Source of the DNA: Mobula hypostoma
Taxonomy: Eukaryota
Assembly (NCBI RefSeq): GCF_963921235.1
Contig: NC_086097.1
Location: 28,522,001-28,586,000 of the forward strand
Direction of reading: 5' to 3'
Length of the DNA stretch: 64,000 nucleotides
Part shown: piece by piece, positions 38,533 to 53,977 of the stretch
Numbering within the stretch: the first letter of the stretch is position 1
How the letters are laid out: each line of letters opens with the position of its first letter
Program-made: the position numbers and the translations under genes
The notes under the pieces: model-generated
Database searches by the model: none
Told to the model about the DNA's origin: nothing
The model's input: only the letters and a program-made list of their open reading frames with translations

Positions 38533-40040
38533 GGGGTTCCAGTGACGTCATCGTTCAGAATGGCAGCTTAAATCAACAGCTCCTCTGGAAAAATGCACAT
38601 ATTGCTCCGTTAATCCATCAAATATAAGATCTTTCGAAAATATCTGGATTGATAAGGGGGGCGAGAATGGGGAAAAAGAATGGAGATAAAAAAGCATCAG
38701 TGCGGAGCCTATGGAAGAGAGAGGTACAACCAGCGGCTCTCCTACACGTGCGCGTGGTGGCGAGGCTGACGCTGGGCCTCGTTCAGGCGAAGTGGCAAAT
38801 ATGATAAGGATTTTGGAAGCGATAAGGGAAGTCCAAAAAGATATAAAACAGCAACTCAATGATATCAAGTCACAGCTCGCCAACGTCAATCAGAAAATAG
38901 CAGTGGCAGAGACTTGAATTGAGAAGGTGGAAGATCACGCGCAAAACGTGGAACGGATACTAAGTAAGACAATAAAAATATTAAATCAACAGGAAAGTAA
39001 ATTGCTTGACCAGGAGGGAAGATCGCGACAGAAAAATATCAGGATTTATAATGTTCCCGAAGGAGCAGAGGGATTGTTGATGACAGAGTTTGTAGAAAAG
39101 TTGCTGTGGGAAGCACTGGAGAATCCCCCAACTATGGAGATTGAAATTGAGAGGGCGCATCGTGTGCTCGTTCCAAGGCCTCCCGGAGACAGAGAAAGTA
39201 AGCTGCACTCAATACAGGTGTCCCCTGCTTTTTGAACATTCGCTTTACGAAACCTCACTGTTACGAAAGACCTACGTTAGTACCCTGTTTTCGCTAACAG
39301 AAGGTACTTTCACTGTTACAAAAAAAGGCAGCGCGCGATAAAAGGCAGCGCACGCCCCCAGCAGCCAAGCTCCTCCCCCAGAACTGCATTCTAGCCGGCA
39401 TTGCTTAAACACGTGCCTGTGAGCATCCGTTAGGAAGATGAGTTCTATGGTATCAGAACAGCCTAAAAGACCTCGTAAGGGTGTTACACTTAGCGTAAAA
39501 CTAGACATAATTAAGCGTTTTGATCGTGGTGAACGAAGTAAGGACAACGTAAGGGTAATTACACCCTCTCAGAAATCCCATTATGATAGTAACCCCCCTG
39601 TTTGCTGGAGAAATTTGTGGAAATCAAAATGCAAACCATTATCATATTTTCTGGGAATGCCCCGTTATCAAAGGCTATTGGAGTGGGATACATAATGCCC
39701 TACAAGACATCTTTAAATGTGAAATACCCTTAGAGAGTAAGACCATATATTTTGGGTATATACCTCAAGAATGGTTGAAAAGAGATAAATATTTAATGAA
39801 TGTACTGCTGGTGGCTGGTAAAAAGACCCTTACCAGGAAATGGTTATCACAGGAGAGCCCAACTTTAAATGTATGGATGGAAATTACAATGTAATTTAAC
39901 AAAATGGAGGAGATAACAGCATCTGTTAATCATAAGTTGGAACACTTTTATTCATACTGGGAAAAATGTTTTAACTACATAACACCTCATAGGCCTGATT
40001 TTATCCCCACAAGTCAATGAATATGTTGTGAAAAAAAGAT
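38533..40040 (+). mobile_element. Second L1, internally deleted: 5'UTR and ORF1 joined through a Tigger fragment to the ORF2 C-terminus
   Basis: EGRSRQKNIRIYNVPEGAEG, EIERAHR; later CWR...HIFWECP cysteine-rich end. Confidence 0.8.
39215..39550 (+). mobile_element. Tigger/pogo-like left end with CENP-B-type HTH start
   Basis: TA then caggtgtcccc. MSSMVSEQPKRPRKGVTLSVKLDIIKRFDRGERSKD. Confidence 0.75.
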
Positions 40041-41517
40041 GGAGGAAATCAGCAGGCCAGGCAGCATCTATGGAAAAGAGTATTGTCGACATTTTGAGCT
40101 GAGACCCTTCATCAGCCCTCATTAAGGGATCAGCAGTGGAAAGTTCCTGAGGTGTCAAGATCTGTGAAGATCTATCCTGCGCCCAACATATTGATTCAAT
40201 CACATAGAAGGCACGACAGCGGCTATATTTCATTAGGAATTCGAGGATAATTTGTATGTCACCAAAGACGTGCACAAATTTCAGCGGATATACCATGGAG
40301 AGCATTCTAACTGGTTGCATCACTGTCTCATATGGAGAGGCCACCGTACAGGATCAGGAAAGACTGCAGGAAGTTTATAAACTCATCTGGCTCCATCATG
40401 GGGACTAATCTCCCCAGCGTCCAGGACATCTTCAAAAGGCAATGCCTCAAAAAAAGGTGACATCCATCATTGAGGAACCCAAACACCCTGTACATGCCCT
40501 CTTCTCATTGCCACCATCAAGGAGGAGGTAAGAGAGCCTGAAGACGCACACTCATTGATTTGGGAATGAGTTCTTCCATTGCTCCGTATGATTTCTGAAT
40601 GGATAGTGAACCCATGAACACTACCTCACTGTTTTCCTTCTTTTTTTGCACTATTTTATAGCAATTTTGTAATTTGTAGTTTTTATTATTACGTCCTGCA
40701 ATACGTTGCTGCTGCTAAACGAATATCACGACATACGTCAGTGACATTAAACCCGATTCTGATTCAGACTCTTAGGCTGGCACATGAGTGAAGGAAATAT
40801 GAAGGGCTATGTGTGAGGGAATTTTACCTCGTTAAAAAGTCAGCACATCATGGACTGTTCTCTGTTCCAAATACCCCATGAAATGAGCCAGCAAGATGCC
40901 CATTTCTGGGAACAGATCCGTGATGGTCTTGTGGGGGGGTGGGAGTATATTCTGCCAACATGTACGACTTGAAAACTTTTTAAATCTCTGCACGTCCACT
41001 GGGAGGTCAGAGCCCAGTGTGTTTGCAGGCCCAAGAGGCCTGTCCTGGGGTTGAGGGCCTGTGGATGTGCATAGTTGTGAAGGGAGAAATGCGGCTTGTC
41101 TTTGCTGCTGTTGATTTGTTGCATGCCATGCTCTGTGCTGTTTCGCCAAGCACTGTGTGCAGGCTACGTTGGTGCTGGAATGTGTGGCGACTCCTGCAGG
41201 CTGCCCCAACACATCCTTAGGTTGTTGGATGTTAACACAAATGGCACTTAAACTACATGTGTCGATGTACACTTGATAAACTTGAATTGTGTAAAAAAAC
41301 AACAGTTGGAAAAAAAAGACATGGGTAACTGTGGTAAAATGCAACACCCACCAAATGGGAAAGTTTACACAAAACACCACAGATCTTCAGACACATTAAT
41401 TTTTCTTGACTTATTATTTGTCTTGCACTCTGAACAAAAGCGCAATTATGATCTCAACACCAGCTTTGTAGTGGGCACTCTCTCCAAGCTGGGTAGACAG
41501 TGAGAAGCAACACTTAC

Positions 41518-41664
41518 CATCTCCAGGTCCTGAAGTTTGGACTTGAGCTGCAAGTTCTCCTTCTCGAGATCGTGCAGCTTATCACAACGAGCCCGCGCTA
41601 TGATAAGCTGCTCCTCCAGCATGGTCTTTGTCTCGATTAGGACCATGTTGTCCTCACGCAGTTC
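41518..41664 (-). CDS. CCDC88C: CCDC88-family exon 3 of 10 (147 nt)
   Basis: ttgcag| and |gtaagt. [49 protein letters not shown]. Confidence 0.93.
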
Positions 41665-41770
41665 CTGCAACAAGAGAAGCTCCAGTTAGGGCCCCTCATA
41701 TGTTCAATACCCAAACCCTTCCCTCATTCCGAACAAATTTGACAGCTATATTGGTAGAATAGGTTTAGAG

Positions 41771-41851
41771 AGGGGATTCCAAACCTTTTTAATGCCGTGT
41801 ACCTCTACTATTAACTGAAGGGTCCATGAACCCCCAGGATGGGAACTCCTG
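41771..41851. mobile_element. 81-bp hAT MITE
   Basis: TSD gtttagag at 41763-41770 and 41852-41859; Charlie-like imperfect TIRs. Confidence 0.75.
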
Positions 41852-42222
41852 GTTTAGAGGGATACGGGCCCTGAGGGCCTGTTTCCGTGCGGTAGCAGTC
41901 TAACTCTCACTGTCATACATGCTGGATTAGAGAGTAGAAGTGTTATTTTTCCTGTAGTTTAACTTTCCTGTGGTTATTTATAATTTATATATAAACACCT
42001 GTATGTATAATTATTCAGTGAATTTTCTCATAAATCTATATTGCTGATTCGGTATTTTCGAGAAGCTTCTCAGGTTTCTGCAGCAGGTGTCACATCACTT
42101 TAATCTGGCTATTTTGAATGGCAGGTCTTATCAATGGAATGTGTTTTATCTCTAGTCTGAGAATGAGACAATCACGACATACTGTTCGTCTCCTTCTTTG
42201 TTCGTTGTTCTTGTGTCACTTA

Positions 42223-43855
<1,633 letters not shown>

Positions 43856-45369
43856 TAACTACTAATTAACCATCAGGTTTTATGACTTATTCTTGACTTC
43901 CAAAGAACCTCTGGATCAATATCACCAGATTCAATACACATTCAGTGACCCCCTTGTTAGGAACACCTTGTAAATGCAAATATCTGATCAGCCAATCATG
44001 TGGCAGCTACTCAATACAGAAACGCATGCAGACTTGGTCAAGAGGTTCATTTGTTGTACAGAACAAACACCAAAAATGTGATCTAAGTGACTTCAACTAT
44101 CGAATGATTGTTGGTGCTTGATGGGTTGATTTGAGTATCTCAGAAACTGTTGATCTCCTGGCATTTTCACACACAATAGTCTCCAGAGTTTACAGGAAAA
44201 TGAAAAGGTATCGAGTAAGTGGACATTCTATGAGTGAAAATACCCTGGTCAGAGGAGAATGCCCAGACAGTTTCAAGTTGATAGGAAGCTGAGAGTAACT
44301 CAAATAACCATGCTTTACAAGAGTGATGTGCAGAAGAGCATCTCTGAATGTATAATATGTTGAACCTTGAAGTGAGTGGGCTACATCAGCAGAAGACCAC
44401 ACTGGGTTCCACTCCTGTATCCAATAATGCAGCTACCGAGTGTATCCAGACTTAGAAATATATTTCCATTCAGCCCATCTTGTCTGAGGACTCTCAGAGC
44501 AATCTCTTCAAACTCATTTCCCACTTGTGTCTGAAATCTATTTCTCCCTCTCATACCCACACACAGATTCTTGCCCATTGACACCCCAGTGAATCTTCTA
44601 CCACCCACTGACATGACGGACAATTAACCCATCAACATGGGAAGAAACTGGGCAGCACTTGGGTGAAACACACAATGTGGCAGAGTAGACAGACAACTCT
44701 ACATCATCAGCACCAGAGACCAGCGTTCAGTCCAAGTCACTGGAGCTGGGCCACTGTGTTCCCTTCCGGTTATTGATCTATTAAATACTAGACTCTACAA
44801 CAGTTACTTCCCCCCAGGCTGATCAACACCTCCACACATTAACCCTCCCCAAGAGTCCCCACCATCAGCCACATCCACATCAGCCACTCGTCTCCATGGC
44901 CCCTCAGCATCCACTGCCACTTTTACACTTCTAGTCCACACCTCATACCTACACTGACACACACCTACTCACAAACAAGAGAAAATCTGCAGATGCTGGA
45001 AATCCGAGCAACACACACAAAATACTGGAGGAACTCAGCAGGCCAGGCAGCACCTCTGGAAAAGAGTGCAGTGGACGTTTTGGGCTGAGACCCTTCGGCA
45101 GGACTGGAGGAGGGTCTCCGCCCGAAATGTTGACTGTACTCTTCCATCCCAACCTACTCTACTGCCTTACTGTGTTTTCATCTGCCCTGCTGCTACCTAG
45201 AGGAGTTCCTCTTGCCAAGAGTCACTTAGTGACTTTATCATTTCCTGTCTGTCACCTGATGTTCAGATACTTCTGCATCTCATGTCACTTTACGTACATA
45301 CAATCAGTCTATACAAGCTAACCCTATGTATGTACAGCCACACTCAAACAATCACTTCTCAACGTGTGG

Positions 45370-46760
45370 GGCTGAAGTAAGAAGCTGGAAAAGAAGGAAT
45401 CTGATAGGAGATTGGACCATGGGCAAAAGGGAAAGACAGGCAACAGGGTGAGGTGATTGACAGGTGAAGAAGAAGAGGTAAGGCGGGGGGGAGAGTGAGA
45501 ATAGGGAATAGAAAAGGGAAGGGGGAGCTGGAAAATCACCAAGAGTTGGAGAAATCAATGTTCCTGCCCTCAGATCAAGGGCTAGCCAGACAGAATATGA
45601 AGTGTTGCTCTTCCAACCTGAGACAAGCCTCACTGCGGTAGTACAGGATGCCATAGACCAACATGTCAGAATGGGAATGGCGATTGGCCACCAGTAATCC
45701 TGCATTTTATGGATGGATCGAAAGTGCTTGACAACGTTGTCCCTCAACCTACATCAGGTCTTACCATTGTAGCGATTGCATCAGCACCAATGGATACAAT
45801 AGACTGCCCAAAACGATTCACATCAGTGTTGCCTCACATGGAAGGACTTTTAAGGCCCTGAATGGGGTGGAAGGAGGTGAATAGCCAGATGTAGAACTTC
45901 TTTCAATTGTAGGGTTAAGTGTCAGGAAGGAGATTATTGGGAAGGGTCAAGTGGACAAGGGAATCACGGAGGGAACAATCCCTTGGGAAAGTGGAGAGTG
46001 GAGTTGAGGTAAAGGTGTGTTTGGTGGGAGGATCCCATTGAAGATGTGGAATCTGCGGAGAATTGTGTGCTGAATGTGGAGGCTGATGGGTTGATAGGTG
46101 AGGACAAGAGGAACTCCATCTTTGTTAAGGGATGAGGGTGGATGTCTGGGAAATGGAGATGATGCCGATGAGGGCAGCATTAGTGGTGGGAAGGTGGTGT
46201 CCTGACGAGGAAAGCCTCATCCTGGAAATAGATGTGGTGGAGACAAAGGACTGAAAAAAAGGAGACAGGTTGGGAAGAGGTAATGGTCAAGATAGCTGTG
46301 TGAGTCAGTCCAGTTATAAAAGATATTCGTAGACAGCTTGTCTCCAGAGGTAGAGACAGTGAGATCAAGAAAAAGCAGAGGGGTGTCAAAAATGGACCAA
46401 GTGAATTTAAGGTCAGGGTGCAAGTTGGAGGCAGAGTTAATGAAAGTGATGAGCTCAGCATAATGAAAGACATGGAGCAGCACCAATCTAGTCATCACAG
46501 TAGCGCAGAAAGAGTTAGGGAGCTTGGGGAAGGCTTGGAACATGGACTGTTCCACATAGCCAACACAAAGGCACGCATAGCTGGGGCTACGTGGATACCC
46601 TCGGCTAGACTGAGCTTGGAGAAAGTGCGAGGAGCTGAAAGAGAAATTGTTCAGTGTGAGGATCAGTTTTGCCGGATGGAGGTGGGTGGTGTTGTTGGGG
46701 AACTGCTGTTGAGAAAGGAGCGAGGAACTTTACAGTTTTCTTAATGGGGGATAGAATTGT
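45370..46760 (-). mobile_element. Degenerate PLE ORF (RT C-terminal half plus GIY-YIG)
   Basis: LHPDLKFT...FLDLTV...TDSHSYLD; PLVLTYQP; VYCIH; NIDFSN. Confidence 0.8.
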
Positions 46761-47589
46761 ATAGGAACTTATAGTATAAATGTATAGAGAGGAATTTCTT
46801 TAGCCAGAGGGTGGTGAACCTGTGGAATTCACTGCCACAAATGTCTGTGGAGGCCAAGTCATTGGGTATATTTAAAGCGGACATTGATCGGTTCTTAATT
46901 CGTAAAGGTGTCAAAGGTTAAGGGGAGAAGGCAGGAAAATGAGGTGAGAGGGATTATAAGTTAGCGATTATCAAATGGCAGAGCAGATTGGTGGACTGAA
47001 TGGCATAATTCTGCAATGTTTTATGGTCTCAGCTTGCAAAGTTGGTGTTTTCAACTTCCCACTGGGCTACCCGATGTTTATCACCTTTCAAAGGTCTCAA
47101 GACAATCCTGCACAGCCGCCTATCAAATCTCTGACACCTACCAGTTCAAACCAAACCCTACCCAACTAGGGAGCAAAAGTCACCAATAAACTCTGTCATC
47201 AAAGAAAACTTCATTATGTAACTAATAAGGAGAAGCTGTGCAAACACAGCTTATCCAGGGAGATAGGAATAGAAAGAAGTACTATTTGTGCTCATGTGAA
47301 GTTGGGTCAACTAGTCTGGTCTTTATGCCATGCTTTTTATGTTAAAGAAATGCACTCATTCACAGCTTTTACGTTCTATTGTGTCCAACCGACCATAAGG
47401 GCAGACAGCCAGCTACTTACTTAACTTGGCTCTGAGCCAGTCGATAACAACGTAGCGTCCACACAATAAAGCTGGGAACACCTCAGGCACAAAATTTCCA
47501 CATCTGTTTATATCACAATTGACTATGAAAACAAGAACCCATAAAGAGTGTTGGCAAGGATTCAGCCTTAAGAGTTTCATCTGGAAGAT

Positions 47590-47735
47590 CTCACAACCCT
47601 ACTGTTAATCCACCCGAGATCCTCCAAAACACACTGTTAATCTACCCGAGACCCCATTACCTCACTATTTAACCATCGGAAACCACATAACCTCACTCCA
47701 CAGTCACACTGTTTAATAATCAGAGACCCCACTAA
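47590..47735. repeat. Degenerate minisatellite of about 31 bp (continues at 51628-51720 and 52313-52515)
   Basis: Unit approximately ataacctcactgtttaaccaccagagacccc. Confidence 0.7.
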
Positions 47736-47739
47736 CAGT

Positions 47740-50700
47740 TAAAATAGTTGTTTACGAGTGAGCCTCACAAAATTATTCAGAGCCTACCCCAACCAGAAGC
47801 CTGAATGAACCATGAGAACCACAATCTACTGAGGGCCAGATCAGAGGCATTCAAGTCTGGTGACCAAGAAAGTTACAAAAGGTCCAGGTACGATCTCCGG
47901 AAAGCCATCTCATAGGCGAAGTGGGAATTCTGGCCTAAACTTGAACCAACAAAAGGAAGCTCGACAGTTGCAGCAGGGCTTGAAAGCTATCACCACTTAT
48001 AACTCAAAATCAAGTGACGTGGACAACAACAGGGCTTTTCGCTTCCAGGCGAGCTCGATGCCTTCTATGCTCGCTTTGAGCATCAAAACGTGGAGGAACC
48101 ATCACAAGCTCCCACAACACCCAGTGATCCTGTAACTTCAGTCTCTGAGGCCGATGTGCAAGCAGCCCTCAGGAGGGTGAACCCACAGAAAGCATCCAGC
48201 CCAGATGGGGTCTCTGGCGAAGTACTAAAGACCCTCAGCTGGCTGGAGTGTTCACTGATATCTCTAACCTCTTGCTTCGGCAATCTGAGGTACCCACCTC
48301 CTTCAAGCAGGCTTCAATTATACCGGTGCCTAAGAAGAATGTGGTAACTATTATCCAGAGGTACTTACATCTACAGAGATAAGTGTTTTGATGAGTTTGG
48401 TGATGAAACATATCAACTCCTGCCTGAGAAGCGACAATTTGCCTACCGGTGTAACAGTTCCACAGCAGATACCATCTCATTGGCTCTTCACAAACAAAAT
48501 ATGCACACATCAGGATGCTCTTCACTGACTACAGCTCAGCATTTAATACTAGCACCCTCTCAAAACTAACAAATAAGCTTCAACGGCTACAAGCAAATGG
48601 CTACAATACCCTCCTTGTACAGGTGGATCCTCGATTTCTTCACTTGCAGACCCCAGTCGGTTCGGATTGGCAACAACATCTTCTCTACAATCTCTATCAG
48701 CGCAGGTTGACCACGTTTGTGTACTTAGCCCCCTGCTCTACTTGCTTTGCAATCATAACTGTGTGGCAAAGCACAGCTCCAATGCCATATTCCAGGTTTG
48801 CTGACGACACCACAGTCATTGGCTGAATCAACAATGTGACAAATCAGCATATAGGAGGGAGCCTGAAAATCTGGCTGAGTGGTGCCACAGCAATAACCTT
48901 TCTCTCATTGTCAGCAAGACCAAGAAGCTGATTATTGACCTCAGGAAGAGGAAGCCAGAAGCCCACGAGCCAGCCCCCAGTGGAGGATCGGAGGTGGAGA
49001 GGGTTAGCAACTTTAAATTCCTCAGTGTTACTATTTCCGAGGGCCTCTCTTGGGCCCAGCGTATGTACAATTACGAAGAAAGCATGGGAGAGCCTTTACT
49101 TCCTTACAAGTCTGTGAAGATTTGGCATGACGTCCAAAACTTTGACAAACTTCTATAGATGTGTAGTAGAGAGTATATTGACTGGCTGCATCACCTGGAA
49201 AGACCAACGCCCTTGAATGTAAAATCCACAAAAGTAGTGGATACAGCCCAGTCCATCGTGGGTAAAGCCCTCCTCACCACTGTACAGATTTACACGAAGA
49301 GTTGCCGCAAGAGAGCAGTGTCCATCGTCAGGGGCCCCCATCACCCAGGACATGCTCTCTTCTCACTGCTGCCATCAGGAAGGAGGTACAGGAGCCTCAG
49401 GACTCACACCAACAGGTTCAGGAACAGTTATTCCCCCTCAACCATCAGGCTATTGAACCAGAGGGGATAACACCTGCCCTATCATTAAAATGTTCCTACA
49501 ACCTATGGACTCACATTCAAGAACTCTTCATCTCATGTTCTCAATATTTATTGCTTACTTATTTATTTTTGTATTAGAATTTGTTGTCTTTTGCACATTG
49601 GTTGAACGCCCAAGTTGGTACACTTTCATTGATTCTATTAGACCATAAGACAAAGGAGCAGAAGTAGGCCATTCGGCCCATCGAGTCTGCTCCGCCATTT
49701 TATCATGAGCTGATCCATTTTATCCCATTTAGTCCCACTGCCCCGCCTTCTCACCATAACCTTTGATGCCCTGGCTACTCAGATACCTATCAATCTCTGC
49801 CTTAAATACACCCAATGACTTGGCCTCCACTGCTGCCCGTGGCAACAAATTCCATAGATTCACCACCCTCTGACTAAAAAAATTTCTTCGCATTTCTGTT
49901 CTGAAAGGGCGCCCTTCAATCCTGAAGTCATGACCTCTCGTACTAGACTCCCCCATCATGGGAAACAACTTTGCCACATCCACTCTGTCCATGCCTTTTA
50001 ACATTCGAAACGTTTCTATGAGGTCTCCCCTCATTCTTCTAAACTCCAAGGAATACAGTCCAAGAGCAGACAAACGTTCCTCATATATTAACGCTCTCAT
50101 TCCCGGAATCATTCTAGTGAATCTTCTCTGTACCCTCTCCAACGTCAGCACACCCTTTCTTAAATAAGGAGAACAAAACTGCCCACAGTACTCCAAGTGA
50201 GGTCTCACCAGCGCCTTATAGAGCCTCAACATCACATCCCTACTCCTATACTCTATTCCTCTAGAAATGAATGCCAACATTGCATTCGCCTTCTTCACTA
50301 CTGACTCAACCTGGAGGTTAACTTTAAGGGAATCCTGTACGAGGACTCCCAAGTCCCATTGCATCTCAGAACTTTGAATTCTTTCCCCATTTAAATAATA
50401 GTCTGCCCATTTATTTTTTCTGCCAAAGTGCATAACCATACACTTTCCAACATTGTACTTCATTTGCCACTTCTCTGCCCATTCTTCCAATCTATCCAAG
50501 TCTCTCTGCAGGCTCTCCGTTTCCTCAGCACTACCGGCCCCTCCACCTATCTTCGTATCATCAGCAAACTTAGCCACAAAGCCATCTATTCCATAATCCA
50601 AATCGTTGATGTACAATGTAAAAAGAAGCGGCCCCAACACTGATCCCTGTGGAACACCGCTGGTAACCGCCAGCCAACCAGAATAGGATCCCTTTATTCC

Positions 50701-51626
50701 CACTCTCTGTTTCCTGCCAATCAGCCAATGCTCTATCCACGTATGCAACTTTCCTGTAATTCCATGGGCTCTTATCTTGTTAAGTAGCCTCATGTGTGGC
50801 ACCTTGTCAAAGGCCTTCTGAAAATCCAAATATACAACATCCACTGCATCTCCCTTGTCTAGCCTACTGGTAATTTCCTCAAAAAATTGTAATAGGTTTG
50901 TCAGGCAGGATTTTCCTTTAAGGAATCCATGCTGAGTTCTGCCTATCTTGTCATATGCCTCCAGGTACTCTGTAACCTCATCCTTGACAATCGACTCCAA
51001 CAACTTCCCAACCACCGATGTCAAGCTAACAGGTCTATAATTTCCTTTTTGCTTCCTTGCCCCCTTAAATAGCAGAGTGACATTTGCAATCTTCCAGTCT
51101 TCCGGAACCATGCCAGAATCTATCGACTTTTGAAAGATCATCGCTAATGCCTCCGCAATCTCCACAGCTACTTCCTTCAGAACACGAGGGTGCATTCCAT
51201 CTGGACCGGGAGATTTATCTACCTTTAGACTATTCAGCTTCCTGAGTACTTTCTCTGTCGTAATTGTGACTGCGCACACTTCTCTTCCCTGCCACCCTTG
51301 AGTGTCCGGTATCCTGCTGTCTTCCTCAGTGAAGACTGATGCAAAATACTCGTTCAGTTCCTCTGCCATCTCCTCATCTCCCATTACAATTTCTCCAGTA
51401 TCATTTTCTATTGGTCCTATATCTACTCTCACCTGTCTTTTACTCTTTATATACTTGAAAAAGCTTTTAGTATCCTCTTTGATATTACTTGCTAGTTTCC
51501 TTTCATAGTTAATCTTTTCTCTCTTAGTGACCTTCTTGGTTATTATGGTTATTATTCTATTATGCCTGCAAGAAAATGAATCTCAGAATTGTATATGGTG
51601 ACATATATATACTTTGAACTTTGAAC
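47740..51626 (+). mobile_element. Degenerate Rex1/Babar-like LINE, 3'UTR split by a CR1
   Basis: PNQKP, RRVNPQKASSPDGV, FTDYSSAFNT, FADDTTVIG, LLPSGRRYRS; (ACTTTGA)n tail. Confidence 0.75.
49641..51540 (-). mobile_element. Young 5'-truncated CR1 with open RT frame (49729..51432)
   Basis: KSPGPDGMHP, YLDFQKAFDKV, GVPQGSVLGP, FADDTK; tatta at both junctions. Confidence 0.95.
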
Positions 51627-51719
51627 AAACCCACCATTTGATCACTAGAGGCCCTATAACCTCACTGTTTAAACAGCAGAGACTGCACAATGCCACTGTT
51701 TAACCACCAGAGACCCCAT

Positions 51720-52312
51720 GAGAGCAAGGAGATAATGTTGAGGCTTTATAAAGCACTGGTGAGTATTGTGAGCAGTTTTGGTCCCCCATCTAAGAAAGGA
51801 TGTGCTGACATTGGAGAGGGTTCAAATGAGATTCATGAAAATAATCCTGGAAATGAAAGTTACTATATGAAAAGTGTTTAATGACTCAGGGCCTGTACAC
51901 ACTGGAATTCAGAAGAATGATGGGGGAGACCTCATTGAAATCTATCGAATGTTAGAAGGCCACTCTATAGAGTGGATGCGGAGAGGATGTTTCCTATGGT
52001 GGGAGAGTCTAAGACCAGAGGATACAGCTTCAGAATAGAGGGACGTCATTTTAGAACAGCGATAAGGAGAAATTTCTTTAGCCAGCAAGTGGTGAATCTG
52101 TAGAATTCGGTGCCACAGGCAGCTGTGGAAGTCAAATCATTGGGTATATTTAAGGCAGACGTTGATAAATTCTTGATTAGTCAGGGTATGAAGGGTTACA
52201 GGAAGAAGGCAGGATATTGGGGCTGATAGGGAAATGGACCAGCCATGAAGTAATGGCGGAGCAGAGTCGATGGGCCAAATGGCCTAATTCTGCTCCTATT
52301 AGCTATGGTCTT
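51720..52312 (+). mobile_element. CR1 3' fragment (similar relics at about 18322-18735, 22268-22560, 28059-28650, 58876-59440, 63480-64000)
   Basis: MLRLYKALV...; tail tatggtctta. Confidence 0.8.
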
Positions 52313-53462
52313 ATAACCTCACTATTTAACAACCAGAGGTCCCATAGTCACATTGCTTAATCACTAGAGAGCACACAATCCCACTGTTTGATCACCAGAG
52401 ACCCCATAAACTCATGGATTACTCACCGGATAACCTACAGTATCACTGTTTAACCATTAGCAACCCCATAACCACCAGACACCCCACATTACCATTATTT
52501 AATAACCAGAGCCCATGCAATCGTCCATCTCATTGCTGAAAATTCCACAATCACAACCACACTCAAAGTGCTGGATGAACTCAGCACATCAGGCATGGAG
52601 AGGAATAAAGAGTCAAAGGTTCATTTATTATCAAAGTATACAACTCTGAAATTCTTCTCTGATGTTTCGGGCCAAGACCCTTCATCAGGCCCGAAACAGT
52701 GACTGTTTATTTCCCTCCATAGATGCTGCCCGACTTGCTGAGTTCCTCCTGCAATTTGTGTGTGTTCTTCAAGATGCATCTGCGGAATCTCGTGTTTGTG
52801 CCCACAACCTCACTGCGTTGACTGTGCACCCACACTGCCAACACAGTGCCCCAGGGTTGGACACCTTGTCCTCACTGATCTAAGTTGGCAAGGTCACTGA
52901 ACATCATGTCATCAAACTAATGCCATGCGCTGTGCCATCCTCACATTCCAGTCTGTTGATCTCTTTTGGGGACTTCTATTTTCACATTTTAGCTCTCGGT
53001 TCCCTCAAATTAAATATAATTTTAATTTACCTCCAAAAGGTCCTAATTTACCCCCTTGTTTGACACAGTGCTCGTGTGGGTGTCTGTGTCTCTCTGTGTC
53101 CGAGTATCCTCTTCCTATTATGGTTTGCATTCTAACAAAGCCTATAAATCAGAACATTTTATTTCTGTATGTATTATTAAGGATTCAGTTCCCTTTCCAT
53201 GGAAAAAGCTGATACACGTATATGGGAAGATGCTGTCCAGATATACAACAGTGAATGCACAAAGTACAAACAGGATACAAAGGTCCTGGTAAATCAGTTA
53301 ATAAGGTCCCGCCCACAAATTTATCAACATAACTGTGTATATTTTGGCAGGAGTAAGGGGAGGTTTTATTGAACATTAACTGCAGGATACTGGTCCTAAA
53401 ACACAATCCACTGTGCATGCATATAATCTAACCCACTGTTCACACACATAATCTAACACGCA

Positions 53463-53863
53463 CAGTCTTAGGCGCGTGCAAAAAATTCTGTAAAGTGAAA
53501 TGCTTTCAAAAATAATGAATTGAAAAACTTAAGTATCAAAAATACTATAAAGAGCACTGAATAGTAAAAGAAAATCTAAAGCACATCAATATTTGGTGTG
53601 ACCACTCTTTGCCTTTAAAACTCCACCAATTCTCTTTGGCACACCGTCATGCAGTTCTACAAGAAACTCAGCCAGTAGGTTGCTCCAAGCATCTTGAAAA
53701 ACTTGCTACAGTTCTTCTGCAGACTCTGGCTACCTCACTTACTTCTGTCTCTCCAGATAATCCCAGACAGCATTGCTGCTGTTGAGATCAGGGCTCTGTG
53801 GAGACCTTACCATCTTTTACCATATAAATGATCTAGGGTGCCTAAGACTTTTGCACAGTACTG
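53463..53863. mobile_element. Non-autonomous Tc1/mariner-like element
   Basis: Right end cctaagacttttgcacagtactg|TA; partial left TIR agtcttagg. Confidence 0.55.
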
Positions 53864-53977
53864 TAATCTAACCCACTGTGTACGCATATAGTCTAACCCA
53901 CCACTGCGCAGGATCAGACAGACAGGGTAAATTGACTGCACTCAGCTTACTTGCGACAACTGAAATTTGCAACATAA

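Noticed and set aside
47590..52515. CRISPR-like array
   Set aside because: Degenerate tandem units without unique spacers, no cas genes, eukaryotic intron.
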